This document shows, piece after piece, positions 18,426 through 26,591 of a stretch of DNA of 64,000 nt (position 1 is its first letter; each line of letters opens with the position of its first letter). Source of the DNA: Deltaproteobacteria bacterium (GTDB taxonomy: Bacteria > Desulfobacterota > Deferrimicrobia > Deferrimicrobiales > Deferrimicrobiaceae); assembly GCA_016220005.1 (NCBI GenBank), contig JACRIV010000027.1, forward strand, positions 11,151-75,150. Reading direction: 5' to 3'. A program made the position numbers and the translations under genes. The notes beneath the pieces were generated by a model that had not been told where the DNA came from, ran no database searches, and saw only the letters and a program-made list of their open reading frames with translations.

Positions 18426-18883
18426 TGCTCGGACCCCCTGTTTTTCTTGCATGGCTCACGTCGCAAAATCCGTATGTCGGACACGTGCTGGCCGAGTCTG
18501 CGCGTGCAGTCGGTGTCATCGGAAGGAAAGTCGCCAAACTTTAACGTTAATTTTTGAAAAATTATTTTGCAGGCGGGAAGAGAAGGAAGGAGCGCACATA
18601 ACCGGCAGAAATACAACCGTCACCGAAATCCTCACCGAGGCATGGTGCAACGATTAAAGCGAGGTTTCTACGCAATTGCAATGTATACAGTATGCGGTAC
18701 GCAGTCTCCGCATTTATCGGCAGGGGTGTGGCGGAACTTTAAGCAAAAGTTTCCGCCAACGATAAGGTGGACATCTGTGCCGTTACCGAATTGTATACCG
18801 CATTCGCCCCGGGGGGGTCAACAGAATGTTTTTCAATAAGACGCTTGGTGCCGAGCGGGCAAGGGTTAGATGTATGGAAAAGA

Positions 18884-18915
18884 GCCGGGGCCCCTAAGGG
18901 GAAAGGGGCCCCGGC
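18884..18915 (-). terminator. Rho-independent terminator downstream of the MtrB-like gene
   Basis: Perfect 12-bp stem gccggggcccct / aggggccccggc with an 8-nt loop. On the minus strand it is followed by CUCUUUUCC. It lies 35 nt downstream of the mtrB-like TAA stop and before the AT-richer Pcc promoter region. Confidence 0.6.
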
Positions 18916-18949
18916 GCCACGGACGGGATCAACAGAGGACCCGGGTCCT

Positions 18950-21394
18950 TTAGAACTTGTACACCATGTAGAGCTGACCGACGTGGGCCTCGTACTGCTT
19001 GTAGGTCGCGTCGGCGAAGACGAACCGGGTGGAGTTTTCGGCCGACAGCCCCGCCATGTAGGCATTCAGGTTGTCCCAGGCGAAGTCGTCGAGCTTGTAC
19101 CATTCGAACAGGTAGCTGACCCCCACCGTCAGATTGGCTAAGCATTTGTAGGCCAGATTGGCCTTGATCTCGTGCAGCCGGTTCACCACCGTCGGCCACG
19201 GCTGGGCGACGGCGTTGGCGAGTTTCGCGCCGTCGGTGAAGCCGTTGGCGATCGCCAGGTCCCTGTTCGGATTGAAGGTATTGAAGTCTATCTTGCTGTA
19301 GGACAGGTTGTAGCTCGTATTGAGCGTCAGCTTCGCCGGCATGATCTGGACCGTCGCCCCCACGCCGACGGTGTCCGCCTTCTCGGTGACGTTCGTATTC
19401 CAGTAGTTGAGGGGATTGAAGTTGCCGAAGAGCACCGCTTCGTTGTCCGCCGTGCTGCCGATGTCGAACGCGTCGTCCTTGGCCCCGTTCCTCATCTCGC
19501 TCTTCCGGTACTCCTTGACGTAGTTGGCGAAGAGGGTGAGCCTGTCGGAGGGGTTGTAGGCGACCTCGAACCCGCCGTCGACGTTCTCCGACTTCTTGAG
19601 CCCGAACCGGCTGTCTTCGGCGAACTTGTCGTTCAGGTACTGGGCGAAGAGGGCCACCGTTATGGCCTGCGTCGGGTCGAACTGGAACTTTGCGTCGGCC
19701 ACGTTCCGCTTCCGGTCCGCCCAGTCGTAGTTGACAAGACCTGTCGCCTCGGGATTCGCGGCCGTCTCGCCGGGCTTGTAGCCGTCGACGTTCCTCTTGG
19801 CGTATTTATAGCTCGCCTTCAGACTGCCCGTCTTGAACAGCTTGTAGGTGACGCCGCCCCGGATGCTGTACTCATCCGTCCCGTCGATGCGCAGCTTCTC
19901 CCGGTCCCAGCCTTCCCAGCCGGCCTCGAGAAGGAGAGTCAGGGACTTCGCGACGTGGTAATCGAGGCCGAGCTCGACGTTCCGCCGGGTGAAGCCGAGG
20001 GGTTCGTTCATTACGGGCGCGTTCTTGTCGTTCCTGACCGTTCTCCAGTTGGACTCTCCGAACGCCGCGTAGCCGGGGAACAGGATTTCGTCGGATTTGT
20101 TGTCATAGTCGTAGTAGCGGTACTTGAGCGCCACCTTGAGCGGCGTGACCGGCTTGAAGGCGAGGACGAAGCTCCCCGTCAGGTTCTTCACCTTGCCGTC
20201 CAGGTTGCTCTTGGGAAGGATCGAGGGGTCCGTGATGTTGGCCGGGCCGCCGTCGTCTCCCGCGAGGGCCGAGTTCCGGGTATAGGGGACGAAGGGGTCG
20301 TCCTGGGTGATCCAGCCGTACCCGAGGGTGGCCGAGAACCGGCCGTGCATCGGAAGGTCGGTGGCGGCCGAAAGGGTGAAGTCGTGGGCATCGCTGTCGG
20401 GGACGAGGGAGAGCTGGCCGTTCGCGAAGCGGCCCCGGTTGAACCCGTTCCCCACGATATTGTCGGTTGCGCCGGTCGCCGGGGCGTCGGTGATCCGGAA
20501 GGGGTTGTCCCAGATCAGGGCCAGGTTGTTGTTCTTGAATTTCGTGAAGCTGTACTCGAGGTCGGCCAGCCAGCTCTTCTTGTAGACGCCGGCGCCGGCC
20601 GAAAGGGTCGTGGTGCGGAAGTCGATCGGCTCCGCCAGGTCGGCGCCGCTCACCATGAAGAGGTCGGAGGTGTGCCCGAGCCCGCTTGGGCCCTGTGCGA
20701 ACCGCTCGTAAGTGCCGGCGGTGATCACCCTGGCGCCGGTCCGCTTCTCGTTGGTGACCTTCGCGAAGACCTTTATGTCGCCGGTCACGTTATAGGCGAA
20801 CGAGAAGCCCGCCTTCTCACGCTTCAGCCGGAACGTGATCGGGTCGGCCTCCGCGTACAGTCCCCTCACGATCGCCTGGGCCTGCGCGTCCTCCCCCGTT
20901 GTGTCGACGAGCGGGTTGCCCCCTCGTTCGCCCCGGGTCTGCTCCACCGATTGAAGGCTGTTCTGCACGTTGTCGGCGATGAAGAGCCGGTTGGTGCCTG
21001 CCCCGTTGAACAGCAGGACGCCGTTGCTGAAGTTGTGGGGGATGCTGTCATAGAAGATGTTGTACTTGTAGCTGCCGTGCTTTCCGCCCGTCAGGCTGTA
21101 GAACTCGTTCTCCTGCACCGGGTTCTTGATCTTGACGTCGATGAAGTAGCGCGTGGCGTCCTGATCGAACCGAATTGCGGCGTCGTTTACTAGGAAGCCG
21201 TTCTTGACGTCCCGGTACTCCTCGAACTTCTCGCTCCCGCCGTTGACGTTCTTCTGCTGGACCCCGACGTCGACCAGGCCGCTGGCGGTGCCGCCCGCGG
21301 CCTTGGCGTCCGTCTCCGCCCCGACCGTGCCCGTGAAAAAAATGAGCGGCAGGAGCAAGGCCGCCGCCGTGTAACCGAACCGTTTATGAATCAT
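18950..21394 (-). CDS. MtrB/PioB family decaheme-associated outer-membrane beta-barrel protein
   Basis: ~814 aa. Starts MIHKRFGYTAAALLLPLIFFTGTVGAETDA (ATG 21394 preceded by GGAGGAA). Long Asn/Tyr/Gly-rich beta-barrel sequence ending ...GQLYMVYKF. It is immediately downstream of the MtrA-like decaheme gene, the canonical mtrAB/pioAB/mtoAB arrangement. Confidence 0.75.
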   Translation of the reverse strand: MIHKRFGYTAAALLLPLIFFTGTVGAETDAKAAGGTASGLVDVGVQQKNVNGGSEKFEEYRDVKNGFLVNDAAIRFDQDATRYFIDVKIKNPVQENEFYSLTGGKHGSYKYNIFYDSIPHNFSNGVLLFNGAGTNRLFIADNVQNSLQSVEQTRGERGGNPLVDTTGEDAQAQAIVRGLYAEADPITFRLKREKAGFSFAYNVTGDIKVFAKVTNEKRTGARVITAGTYERFAQGPSGLGHTSDLFMVSGADLAEPIDFRTTTLSAGAGVYKKSWLADLEYSFTKFKNNNLALIWDNPFRITDAPATGATDNIVGNGFNRGRFANGQLSLVPDSDAHDFTLSAATDLPMHGRFSATLGYGWITQDDPFVPYTRNSALAGDDGGPANITDPSILPKSNLDGKVKNLTGSFVLAFKPVTPLKVALKYRYYDYDNKSDEILFPGYAAFGESNWRTVRNDKNAPVMNEPLGFTRRNVELGLDYHVAKSLTLLLEAGWEGWDREKLRIDGTDEYSIRGGVTYKLFKTGSLKASYKYAKRNVDGYKPGETAANPEATGLVNYDWADRKRNVADAKFQFDPTQAITVALFAQYLNDKFAEDSRFGLKKSENVDGGFEVAYNPSDRLTLFANYVKEYRKSEMRNGAKDDAFDIGSTADNEAVLFGNFNPLNYWNTNVTEKADTVGVGATVQIMPAKLTLNTSYNLSYSKIDFNTFNPNRDLAIANGFTDGAKLANAVAQPWPTVVNRLHEIKANLAYKCLANLTVGVSYLFEWYKLDDFAWDNLNAYMAGLSAENSTRFVFADATYKQYEAHVGQLYMVYKF

Positions 21395-21433
21395 CTGCCG
21401 TTCCTCCATGGAAGGTGTATTCGTCATTCCCTG

Positions 21434-22333
21434 TTAACGCTGCAGGACCGGCCCGGACGGGTTATTGGACCCGTGGACCATCGGGTGGCAGTTCAGGCAG
21501 GACCGGTTGAAGGCGAAGGCGGAGTTCGTGGCGAGTGTTCCCGACTGGTGCCGCCCCTGCATGTGGCACGACTGGCAGAGGCGCGGCACTTTCGCGACCA
21601 GCATCTTGTCGTAGGAAGAACCGTGCGGGGCGTGGCAGGTCAGGCAGTCTTCCTTGACCGGCGAGTGCTCCCAGAGGACCGGGGCCCGTTTCTCGGCGTG
21701 GCACTCGTAGCACTTGTCGTTGAAGGACTTGGCGCTGATCAGTTTTTCGCTCCGGGCGCCGTGGGGATTGTGGCAGGCGGAGCAGCCCATCTTGCCCTCG
21801 CCCGTCGGGGACGAGGAGTCCCGCATCGGGTGCTTGGAACGCTTCAGCATGGAGGCGCGCACCTCGGCGTGGCAGGCGAAGCAGACCTCTTTCTCGTCGG
21901 CCTTGGCGAGGAGCTTGGCCTTGTTGCCGTGGATCTTGTGACAGGTGGCGCAGCCCACTTCCCGGCTGTCATGGACGCTGCCCTTCCAGAACATCTGCCC
22001 CTTGTCCTTGCCGTGGCAGGCGCGGCACGCGGCCGCGGCCGCTTCCGCGCCGATCTTCGCCGGGTTCGAGATCTTGGCCGTGTCGCCCGACTCCACGTGG
22101 GCGCCCGCCGGCCCGTGGCAGGATTCGCATCCGGCGTTCTTCGCCCCGTAATAGGCGGCCTTGGCGTGAATGTTGGCGCGGAAAGACCCGACGAGGTCCT
22201 CGTGGCACTCCTTACACTTGTCGCTGCCGACATAGCCGACGTCGGCGGGGGAAATCCCCGCGTACGCCAGCAGCAGGCAGCCGGCAAGGACCGCAGGCAG
22301 GAAAAGCCGTTTGAGTGTTGCCGTTTCGTTCAT
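21434..22333 (-). CDS. MtrA/DmsE/PioA family periplasmic decaheme cytochrome c
   Basis: Starts MNETATLKRLFLPAVLAGCLLLAYAG (ATG 22333 preceded by AAAGGAGGG). Exactly ten CxxCH motifs: CKECH, CESCH, CRACH, CATCH, CFACH, CSACH, CYECH, CLTCH, CQSCH, CLNCH. ~300 aa, the right size for the MtrA family. Confidence 0.85.
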   Translation of the reverse strand: MNETATLKRLFLPAVLAGCLLLAYAGISPADVGYVGSDKCKECHEDLVGSFRANIHAKAAYYGAKNAGCESCHGPAGAHVESGDTAKISNPAKIGAEAAAAACRACHGKDKGQMFWKGSVHDSREVGCATCHKIHGNKAKLLAKADEKEVCFACHAEVRASMLKRSKHPMRDSSSPTGEGKMGCSACHNPHGARSEKLISAKSFNDKCYECHAEKRAPVLWEHSPVKEDCLTCHAPHGSSYDKMLVAKVPRLCQSCHMQGRHQSGTLATNSAFAFNRSCLNCHPMVHGSNNPSGPVLQR

Positions 22334-22461
22334 CAATCCAACCCTCCTTTTCATGGGCGTGTCGTTTGCCGACACTTGCGGATTATCCGGAAGCATCTGT
22401 TAACGGTGGGCGCTTTGTCGGCGGAGAATAGTGTCCATGGCATATGAAAGAATAAAGTTTC

Positions 22462-22476
22462 GCAAGTCCCGTGCCG
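22462..22476 (-). promoter_or_regulatory. Putative sigma-54 (-24/-12) promoter upstream of the mtrAB-like operon
   Basis: The minus strand reads cGGCACG-ggac-TTGCg, matching the consensus TGGCACG-N4-TTGC. It sits ~130 nt upstream of the MtrA-like start and just downstream of a sigma-54-dependent NtrC-type regulator gene. Confidence 0.5.
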
Positions 22477-22580
22477 GCAAGTCGCTTGCGAAGGGCCTTT
22501 TAGTTCGTTCAGTTTTTCAGTTGGTTAGAGGGGTCCGGATGAAGCGGATTCGAGCGGGAGACGAGAGCGCCCCGTCATGT

Positions 22581-22621
22581 GTTTCCCGGGAGAAACATCG
22601 GCGTTCTTATGTTTCGAAACG
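22581..22621. promoter_or_regulatory. Two GTTTC-N-GAAAC dyads, a candidate enhancer (UAS) for the sigma-54 activator
   Basis: gtttcccgggagaaac (22581-22596) and gtttcgaaac (22611-22620), 105–150 nt upstream of the -24/-12 element. This is the usual distance for an NtrC-family enhancer-binding-protein site. Confidence 0.3.
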
Positions 22622-22656
22622 GAAACGGAACTGGAGCGGCTCCTGCGGGAATCGCC

Positions 22657-24009
22657 TTATCTCTTCAGGCGCTCCCAAAGCGCCTTCCGGCCGATCCCGA
22701 GAAGGCCGGAGGCGCGGGTCCTGCTTCCGCCGACGGCCTGCAGGGCCCGTTGGATGTAATCCGTCTCGAAGCGCTTGACCGCATCTCTCAAGGGGAGGAT
22801 CTCCCCCGGGGCGGGAATGTTCCCGGAGAGCCTCTTCTCCGCGCCCGGGAACTCGGGAGGAAGGTGTTCCGGCCCGATCGTCCCTTCCCGGCAGAGGATG
22901 GACGCCCGCTCCATGACGTTCCACAGCTCGCGCACGTTGCCCGGGAACCGGTGGTCCATGAGCAGCGCCATGGCCTTGTCCGAGACCCGGCAGGCGCCCC
23001 CAAGCTTCTCGAGGAAGTGCTCGACCAGAAGAGGCATGTCCTCCCGCCGCTCCCGCAAGGGAGGCAGCCGGATGGCGAACACGTCCAGGCGGTAGAAGAG
23101 GTCCTCCCGGAAGGTCCCTTCCTCGACCATGGCCTTGAGGTCTTCCCGGTTCGTCGCCGAGACGACGCGGATGTCGACGTGGACGCTCTCGCCGCCGCCG
23201 ATCCTCGCGAAGGAGCGCTCCTGGAGCACCCGCAGGAGCTTCGCCTGGGCGGAGGGAGGCATCTCGGCGATCTCGTCCAGGAAGAGGGTGCCGCCGTGGG
23301 CCTGCTCGATCCTGCCCGTCCGGCGGCGGTCCGCCCCGGTGAACGCCCCCTTCTCGTACCCGAAGAGCTCCGCCTCGAAGAGGCTTTCGGGGATGGCGGT
23401 GCAGTTCAGGGCGACGAAGGGGCCGTCCCTTCTTTTTCCCCTCCGGTGGAGCGCCCGGGCGACCAGCTCCTTGCCGGTCCCGCTTTCGCCGAGGACGAGC
23501 ACGGTGGCGTCCGTCTCGGCCACAAGTGAGATGAGATCGAAGACATCCTGCATCGCCTTGCTCTTGCCGACCAGCTCCTCGAAAAGGGACCGGGAGACGA
23601 TGCGCCGCTTCAGGTCCCGGTTCTCCTCCTCCAGGGACCGGACGCGGAGGACCTTCGCAAGCAGCAGAAGGAACTCGTCCCTCGAGAAGGGCTTCGTCAG
23701 GTAGTCCTCCGCGCCGAGCTTCATCGCCTCCACCGCCGATTCGATGCTGCCGTACCCGGTCATGGTGATCACCGAGGGAGGGGGAAATTTCGTCCTTGCC
23801 TCCCGCAGGACTTCCAGGCCGTCCCTGCCGGGGAGCCTGAGGTCGGTCAGCACCACGTCGAACGGTTCCGACCCGAGCAACCGGATCGCCTCCGCGCCGT
23901 TGTCCGCGCCGCGGACGGCGAATCCCGCGTCCTCCAGGGTGTCCGTCATCGTGAAGCGGAGCCCGGGGTCGTCCTCGACGATAAGGATGCGCTTCCCGCT
24001 AGCGTCCAT
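22657..24009 (-). CDS. Sigma-54-dependent two-component response regulator (NtrC family)
   Basis: Starts MDASGKRILIVEDDPGL...DVVLTDLRLPGRDG (receiver domain). AAA+ sigma-54 interaction domain with GESGTGKE and GAFTGA. C-terminal HTH ...RTRASGLLGIGRKALWERLKR. ATG 24009. Confidence 0.85.
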   Translation of the reverse strand: MDASGKRILIVEDDPGLRFTMTDTLEDAGFAVRGADNGAEAIRLLGSEPFDVVLTDLRLPGRDGLEVLREARTKFPPPSVITMTGYGSIESAVEAMKLGAEDYLTKPFSRDEFLLLLAKVLRVRSLEEENRDLKRRIVSRSLFEELVGKSKAMQDVFDLISLVAETDATVLVLGESGTGKELVARALHRRGKRRDGPFVALNCTAIPESLFEAELFGYEKGAFTGADRRRTGRIEQAHGGTLFLDEIAEMPPSAQAKLLRVLQERSFARIGGGESVHVDIRVVSATNREDLKAMVEEGTFREDLFYRLDVFAIRLPPLRERREDMPLLVEHFLEKLGGACRVSDKAMALLMDHRFPGNVRELWNVMERASILCREGTIGPEHLPPEFPGAEKRLSGNIPAPGEILPLRDAVKRFETDYIQRALQAVGGSRTRASGLLGIGRKALWERLKR

Positions 24010-25516
24010 GGGTCCCTTCCATAAGAAGAGGTCGCGGCAGGGTAATGAAAAATTTCGCCCCTTCGCCCGGACGGGACGACACCGAGATCTTCCCGTCATG
24101 CTGTTCGACGATTTTCCTGCAGACCGCGAGGCCGAGGCCGGTCCCCTTTCCGTTTCCCTTCGTGGTGAAGAACGGCTCGAAGATCCGGCCGTGGTTCTCT
24201 TCCGGGATCCCCTCCCCCGTGTCGGCGATGATCAGGGTCAGGCTGGAGCCGTCTTCGGCGTGGCTGAATTCCAGCCGGCCGCCGGAAGGCATGGCCGCGA
24301 TGGCGTTCATCACGATGTTGACGAGGACCTGCTCCAGCTTGTGGGCGTCCCCGCGGACGGCCAGGGGGGGAAGGCGGTTTTCGACTTCGATCCCGCTCCT
24401 GCCGATCTGGTAATGCAGAAGCTCCAGGGTGTCGGCGACGAGGCGGGAGAGGTCGCACTCGGAAAAGTTCGTCGCATGGACGGTGGAGTAGTCGAGGAGC
24501 TGGGAGACCGCCCGGCGGATCCTTTCGAGGCTCTCCCCGGCCACCTTCAGGTACCGGTCCCGCTTCCGGGGGGGCAGGGACTCCTTCGCCAGCGCCCCGA
24601 TGCTGTGCATCGCGCCGGTCAAGGGGCTGTTGATCTCATGGGCGATCCCCGCCGCCAGGGTCCCGATCGTCGCCATCTTCTCCGTCCTCGCCAGAAGCTC
24701 CCGGGTCTTCACCCGCTCGATCTCCTCCTTCCTCAGCCGGTCCACCATGATCCGGTAGCTGTCCTGGAGGTCGCCGAGCTCGTCGTTCCGTTCCGGGAGA
24801 GGCATGGGTTCGAGCCTCCCCAGGTGAACGGAATTGAGGGCGTTCACCAGCCGGCGGATCGGCCTCGCCATGACCCGGGCGGCGACGAAGAGGAAGAAGA
24901 TCATGAGGGCCGCCGCGGAAATCGTGAGGACGAGGACCTTCCTTTTCAGCCCGCGGATCTCTTCGGCCAGCCCCGAAAGGGAATAGCCCAGGCGAAGGGT
25001 GCCGAACCGCTTGGAGGAGACGTTCAGCGGGGTCGCCACGTCGATCACCCCGCCCTCGAACGGATCCCCCACGGAGGAGAGGATCATCCCCGTCGCGGCC
25101 AGCGCCTTCCTGGACAAGGGATCGTCGAGCCGCTTGTGGAACTGCGTCAGGTCGCTGTGGGACAGGACGTGTCCCTCGGGATCGAGGACCATGGCATAGG
25201 AGACGTGCATATCTCTGTTGCCCGCCATGCGGGAAATGTAAAGGTCCAGAAGGCCCGACTCCGCCACCAGGCCGGTCTCTTCGTAGAGCAGGATCTGCGT
25301 GAAAGGGAGCTTCATCGAGGCGGCCAGGGTCCGCGCCGCCTGCTCCTTCCTTTGAAGGAGGTGGCGCTTCTCCGCGTCGACGAGGAAGAAATGGAGGGCC
25401 AAGGCGATGACGAGGGTCGCAGCGGCCCCCACGGCCATGAACTTTCCCGCGAGGGAGGAAAAGGGGCGCCTTATTTTTCCAAAAAGGGGTTCGAGGCGTG
25501 ACAACGGATGCCGCAT
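23999..25516 (-). CDS. Sensor histidine kinase (HAMP-HisKA-HATPase)
   Basis: N-terminal TM helix, periplasmic region, then a second TM segment and HAMP. H-box AHEINSPLT; N/G boxes ...VMNAIAAMP...DTGEGIP...GTGLGLAV. Overlaps the response-regulator start by 11 nt. Exact start uncertain (M1 at 25516 or M27 at 25438). Confidence 0.8.
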   Translation of the reverse strand: MRHPLSRLEPLFGKIRRPFSSLAGKFMAVGAAATLVIALALHFFLVDAEKRHLLQRKEQAARTLAASMKLPFTQILLYEETGLVAESGLLDLYISRMAGNRDMHVSYAMVLDPEGHVLSHSDLTQFHKRLDDPLSRKALAATGMILSSVGDPFEGGVIDVATPLNVSSKRFGTLRLGYSLSGLAEEIRGLKRKVLVLTISAAALMIFFLFVAARVMARPIRRLVNALNSVHLGRLEPMPLPERNDELGDLQDSYRIMVDRLRKEEIERVKTRELLARTEKMATIGTLAAGIAHEINSPLTGAMHSIGALAKESLPPRKRDRYLKVAGESLERIRRAVSQLLDYSTVHATNFSECDLSRLVADTLELLHYQIGRSGIEVENRLPPLAVRGDAHKLEQVLVNIVMNAIAAMPSGGRLEFSHAEDGSSLTLIIADTGEGIPEENHGRIFEPFFTTKGNGKGTGLGLAVCRKIVEQHDGKISVSSRPGEGAKFFITLPRPLLMEGTHGR

Positions 25517-26409
25517 CCCTTGGGAATGGAGATGATTTTATTGTAAAGAAAATCGTAGTCCTCGTCGCGGGCGCGCACGAACCCGTGCCGGAGCTCCGGC
25601 CCCAGGTCCGCGAGCGCTGCCCGGCCCTCCGGGTTGTTCCCGTTGATCGACAGAAGGGCCTTCGTCAGCGCCCTCTCCGCATCCTCGGGGAGGGTGGGTC
25701 CCGCGGCGATCGGCGCATTGGGGAGCTCTTCCGACATGGCGATGATCCGCAGCCCCTGCCGCTGGTACTTCCAGGCGACCACGTCCTTGACGGCGCCGAC
25801 CTCGTAGATCCCCTTGAGGACCGCCCTGGCGACCTCTTCATGGTTGTGGAGATTCCGTACGTCCTTGAGCTGGCAGGGAGTCACGCCGGCGCCGGCGAGC
25901 ATGTAGCGGGGGATCAGGCTCCCCGTGGTGGAGCGCCTGGCGCCGAAGGCCACGGTCTTCCCCTTGATGTCGGCGATGGTCCTGATCGGACTGTCATTGC
26001 GGACGATGAAGCAGCACCGGTAGGTCGGTCTCCCCTGGGCGTTCAGCGGCTTGACGAGGGCGCGGGCCCCGAAGCGGTGCCTTGCGAGGGTGTAGGTCGC
26101 CCCGCCCAGGTAGGCGACGCCGGTGACCCCCTTCTCCAGGTCCGCGATCGCCTCCTTGTAGGTCCGGCCGAGGCGGAGCTCGAAACGATAAGGGGTCGTC
26201 CGGCTGAGATAATCCATGAGCGGCTGGTAATATTCGTACATGACGTGGGGGTTGAAGCGTGGGATGACCCCGAATAAGATAGTCCTCTTCCCCGAATTAT
26301 CCGCAGGGACCGCCAAGGCGGGCAAGAGGAGAAGAAAAACGACAAGAATAATTTCTGACAGACCCAAACGGGCCGGGATCGGTTGCTTTTTTCCGGATCG
26401 GTACCCCAT
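25471..26409 (-). CDS. PhnD/SsuA-like periplasmic substrate-binding protein (phosphonate-ABC-type fold), probably a sensory partner of the downstream kinase
   Basis: Signal peptide/TM ...EIILVVFLLLLPALAVPA. The body ...ILFGVIPRFNPHVMYEYYQPLMDYL...AYLGGATYTLARHRFGARALV...TGSLIPRYMLAGAG is PhnD-like. No ABC permease or ATPase genes follow; a histidine kinase and an NtrC regulator do. Confidence 0.7.
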   Translation of the reverse strand: MGYRSGKKQPIPARLGLSEIILVVFLLLLPALAVPADNSGKRTILFGVIPRFNPHVMYEYYQPLMDYLSRTTPYRFELRLGRTYKEAIADLEKGVTGVAYLGGATYTLARHRFGARALVKPLNAQGRPTYRCCFIVRNDSPIRTIADIKGKTVAFGARRSTTGSLIPRYMLAGAGVTPCQLKDVRNLHNHEEVARAVLKGIYEVGAVKDVVAWKYQRQGLRIIAMSEELPNAPIAAGPTLPEDAERALTKALLSINGNNPEGRAALADLGPELRHGFVRARDEDYDFLYNKIISIPKGCGIRCHASNPFLEK

Positions 26410-26591
26410 GCTTTTCGCCCCGGAATAGTATACCCGCGTCGGGGGCGGGAGACGGAATTTATCGATTCCGGGAAAGATTGATTTTAATGCCCGGTTTGCG
26501 TATCATGATGCCGTTTTCCACATGAAGACTGCCGACAGTATCCGCAACGCAATGCCTGCACATTTCGCCCGTCAAGGGAAGGAGGAGACAC

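Noticed and set aside
18453-18883. Sigma-54 promoter for the Pcc-type operon
   Set aside because: The closest candidate (TGGCGG-N..-TTGC on the minus strand around 18736-18760) has the wrong -24/-12 spacing by one nucleotide, so it was not called.
19172-21193. 673-aa plus-strand ORF
   Set aside because: Antisense to the MtrB/PioB-like barrel gene; Val/Gly/Arg-rich shadow frame.
25471-25500. CGIRCH near the PhnD-like C-terminus as a heme-binding site
   Set aside because: It is CxxxCH, not CxxCH, and the protein has a solute-binding-protein fold.
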